Shown here one piece after another: positions 62,165-64,000 of a stretch of 64,000 nt of DNA. The number at the start of each line of letters is the position of its first letter. Positions within the stretch are counted from its first letter, which is position 1. The stretch lies in NCBI GenBank assembly GCA_964465695.1, contig CAYXKP010000001.1, positions 4,714 to 68,713 on the forward strand. Reading direction: 5' to 3'. The position numbers were made by a program, and so were the translations under genes. This stretch comes from an uncultured Nitrospira sp. (GTDB lineage Bacteria > Nitrospirota > Nitrospiria > Nitrospirales > Nitrospiraceae). The notes beneath the pieces are model-generated. The model was not told where the DNA came from. It did no database searches and worked only from the letters and a program-made list of their open reading frames with translations.

Positions 62165-62509
62165 ATGATGGGCAAAACCACAACAACTCGGTACGACGTG
62201 GCCGAACATCTTCGCACCCAAGAGGAGATGGCGGCATACTTGGAGGCCTGTTTAGAAGAAGCCAATGGCGATGCCGCATTCATCGCCAAAGCGCTGGGCG
62301 ACATTGCCCGCGCAAAAGGTATGGCGCAAGTGGCGCGAGATTCGGGCCTGTCACGTGAAAGTTTGTATAAAGCGCTTTCCGGTGAGCGGAGCCCTGACTT
62401 TGCCACAATTCTCAAGGTTGTAGGGGCACTTGGACTGAAGTTGCATGCCCAGGTGCCTCACGGTAAGTCTCGTCGTTCATCGTCCCGCACAAGCAATCGT
62501 GCGGCCTAG
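62165..62509 (+). CDS. Type II antitoxin, HigA-like 'addiction module antidote' HTH protein
   Basis: YDVAEHLRT.EEMAAYLEA..E..D.AFIAKALGDIARAKGM..VAR.SGLSRESLYKALS. Starts 6 nt after the toxin. Confidence 0.8.
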   Translation: MMGKTTTTRYDVAEHLRTQEEMAAYLEACLEEANGDAAFIAKALGDIARAKGMAQVARDSGLSRESLYKALSGERSPDFATILKVVGALGLKLHAQVPHGKSRRSSSRTSNRAA

Positions 62510-62528
62510 TACCTGTTCATTTTTAACG

Positions 62529-62747
62529 ATGCGGAAGCGGTATGACTTCTCCAAGATGAAAGGGCGCAAGAATCCGTATATCAAGAATTTGAAACAGCCG
62601 GTCACGATGAGGCTCGACTGTGATACGGTCGCTTATTTCAAGTCCATAGCCGAGGAAATGGGAATCCCGTATCAGAGCCTAATCAATCTTTACCTTCGAG
62701 ACTGTGCGATGAACCATCGCAAGTTACATATGAAGTGGGCGTCCTAG
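62529..62747 (+). CDS. BrnA-like (CopG/RHH) antitoxin, orphan
   Basis: MRKRYDFSKMKGRKNPYIK...VTMRLD.D...YFK..AEE.GIPYQSLINLYLRDCA. No BrnT-like toxin is adjacent. Confidence 0.65.
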   Translation: MRKRYDFSKMKGRKNPYIKNLKQPVTMRLDCDTVAYFKSIAEEMGIPYQSLINLYLRDCAMNHRKLHMKWAS

Positions 62748-62780
62748 GCTAAGCAGCGAAGCGTTTGGTTATCCTCAGTT

Positions 62781-62889
62781 CCGCGTGTCCGACCTCGTGT
62801 GCGGCAAGTGGGACAAGTTCAGCCTGGAAATGCTCATCACGCTCGAGGCGAGGCTTGGGCGGAAAGTGCATGTCGAGTTTGCAGCGTGA
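62781..62889 (+). repeat. Direct repeat copy 1: 3' fragment of an XRE-type HTH antitoxin gene (..RVSDLVCGKWDKFSLEMLITLEARLGRKVHVEFAA*)
   Basis: Aligns base-for-base with 63629..63739 (a few substitutions, one 1-nt indel). It has no start codon or N-terminal HTH half. Confidence 0.7.
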
Positions 62890-63054
62890 TGGTTGGAAGA
62901 CTTCCCTATGAGAGTCGGAAATAGGGTCTCACCCTATCAATTTGTGGCAGGCAACAGCAGATGCAAGCAGTAAAAGCTTTCATTCGTTTCTGGAGCCAGC
63001 TATTTTCCCACACCCTTAAGTTGCGATATACTGAGATCCACAGTAGTTGCCCAT

Positions 63055-63294
63055 ATGGCTAAACAAATCCCTTCTCCTCCTCCAGGATTCGACGATCTCC
63101 CGGTCGAAGAACGTATCGATTTTGTGCAGTCACTTTGGGACCGCATCGCGGCGACCCCTGAGCAAGTTCCCGTCCCTGACTGGCATCGAAGAATCATTCG
63201 GGAACGACTAGAGGCATATCGAACCAATCCTACCGATGGTCGCCCATGGGCGGACGTCCGTACAGAAATCGCGGGCAAGTTGCGAGCTCGTTGA
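63055..63294 (+). CDS. Type II antitoxin, 'putative addiction module component' family
   Basis: LPVEERIDFVQSLWDRIA...VPVPDWHRRIIRERLEAY is family-typical. Followed 8 nt later by a ParE/RelE-like ORF. Confidence 0.7.
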   Translation: MAKQIPSPPPGFDDLPVEERIDFVQSLWDRIAATPEQVPVPDWHRRIIRERLEAYRTNPTDGRPWADVRTEIAGKLRAR

Positions 63295-63302
63295 TCTGAC
63301 GA

Positions 63303-63598
63303 ATGGCACGGCGGCTCGTCGTCCTACGTCAGTCAGACCTTGATATCCAAGCTGCCGCCGTGTGGTATGAAGACCAGCGGGCTGGCTTAGGCATGCGGTT
63401 CCTTGGCGAACTCGACGAAGTCTTCCGGCGCATGGAGAACAACCCGAGGCAGTTCCAAAGCTGGAAGGCGAAGTCCGTCGAGCGCTCCTCCGCCATTTTC
63501 CCTATGGAGTGTATTTCACCGAAGGCCCGGACGATGTCGTTGTTCTGGCGGTGCTCCATCTCCATCGGGAACCGGATATGTGGAAGAGTCGTAACTGA
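63303..63598 (+). pseudogene. ParE/RelE-family toxin with a 1-nt frameshift
   Basis: Frame 0 gives MARRLVVLRQSDLDIQAAAVWYEDQRAGLGMRFLGELDEVFRRMENNPRQ. The -1 frame continues (F)PKLEGEVRRALLRHFPYGVYFTEGPDDVVVLAVLHLHREPDMWKSRN*, the expected family C-terminus. The break is near 63450-63455. Confidence 0.7.
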
Positions 63599-63628
63599 AG
63601 GTAAAGATGAAAGCGAACATTGCACAAT

Positions 63629-63739
63629 CCCGCGTCTCTGACCTGCTGTGCGGCAAGTGGGACAAGTTCAGCCTGGAAATGCTTATCACGCTCGAAGGCG
63701 AGGCTTGGGCGGAAAGTGCGTGTCGAGTTTGCAGCGTGA
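63629..63739 (+). repeat. Direct repeat copy 2 of the XRE-antitoxin 3' fragment (extra 'a' in ctcgaAggcg shifts the frame)
   Basis: See copy 1. Here it is preceded by an ATG (63607), giving MKANIAQSRVSDLLCGKWDKFSLEMLITLE followed by an out-of-frame tail. Confidence 0.7.
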
Positions 63740-63827
63740 GGGACAAGACCTGATTAAAAAGCGTACACAAAGGAGTATAGTAACAAGCCCCTCTAAGTAA
63801 TTGAAAGCTTCGATATGAACCCTATAG

Positions 63828-64000
63828 TTACGAATTCCTCCAATGACCAATATGTTCTTTGGCAACAGCATCCAGGAAGCGGTCAGTTTGTACAAGGCTG
63901 TTCAGGCCTGTAAGTTTACCCACATGCTTAATCACTGCTGTCTCATTTTTGTAACGCTGACCAGGGGGAATGGATTTGGTTCGATCGAAGGTTATATTCA
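63828..64000 (-). CDS. 3' end of an unknown minus-strand gene running off the window (…YKNETAVIKHVGKLTGLNSLVQTDRFLDAVAKEHIGHWRNS*)
   Basis: Open minus-strand frame to the window edge with stop taa at 63828-63830. Visibly lower GC than the rest of the window. I recognise no family. Confidence 0.35.
   Translation of the reverse strand, partial: NITFDRTKSIPPGQRYKNETAVIKHVGKLTGLNSLVQTDRFLDAVAKEHIGHWRNS

Overview
This 64-kb window is GC-rich (about 60% by eye) and almost fully coding. It comes from a diderm bacterium, shown by a TonB-dependent receptor, an Mla/MCE lipid-transport operon and many lipobox signal peptides. A Nitrospira-like origin is only a guess. I saw no rRNA, tRNA or CRISPR array.

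Contents in order:
1. crcB.
2. A tight co-directional cluster (1.2-13.7 kb): large hybrid histidine kinase, KaiC, KaiB, KaiB, hybrid kinase, giant double kinase. There is no KaiA or SasA. All three kinases end in the same PAS/HisKA_3/HATPase/REC cassette.
3. A PQQ-type dehydrogenase, a cytochrome c and a TonB receptor.
4. A small minus-strand operon that includes a Cys-rich metallothionein-like peptide.
5. A decayed mobile-DNA scar: a umuC pseudogene, an integrase fragment and an RND fragment. It is interleaved with two orphan REC-only response regulators, a DUF421 protein, a hemerythrin, an FGE/SUMF1 enzyme and a PDZ protein.
6. A ybhGFSR-like ABC exporter.
7. ackA-xfp (phosphoketolase).
8. 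A DUF1207 protein, FtsH, and MlaEFD plus an auxiliary lipoprotein.
9. A 3076-aa FAAL-initiated bimodular NRPS with an adjacent Sfp-type PPTase.
10. An 8.5-kb periplasmic redox/metal island. It holds a TsdA-like diheme cytochrome, five further c-type cytochromes, two cupredoxins, DsrE, OsmC, a frame-split His/Met-rich Spy/CpxP-like gene, and a 59-aa His-rich ORF that the ORF track misses.
11. A toxin-antitoxin graveyard with ~110-bp direct repeats.

Best candidates for something new:
- The KaiA-less KaiC-KaiB-KaiB timer wired into a family of output-less HisKA_3 hybrid kinases.
- The orphan lipodipeptide NRPS with non-canonical C1 and Cys-type TE active sites.
- The His/Met-rich metal module, with a possible dnaX-like -1 frameshift site.

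All calls come from reading the translations and DNA by eye. No searches were run.
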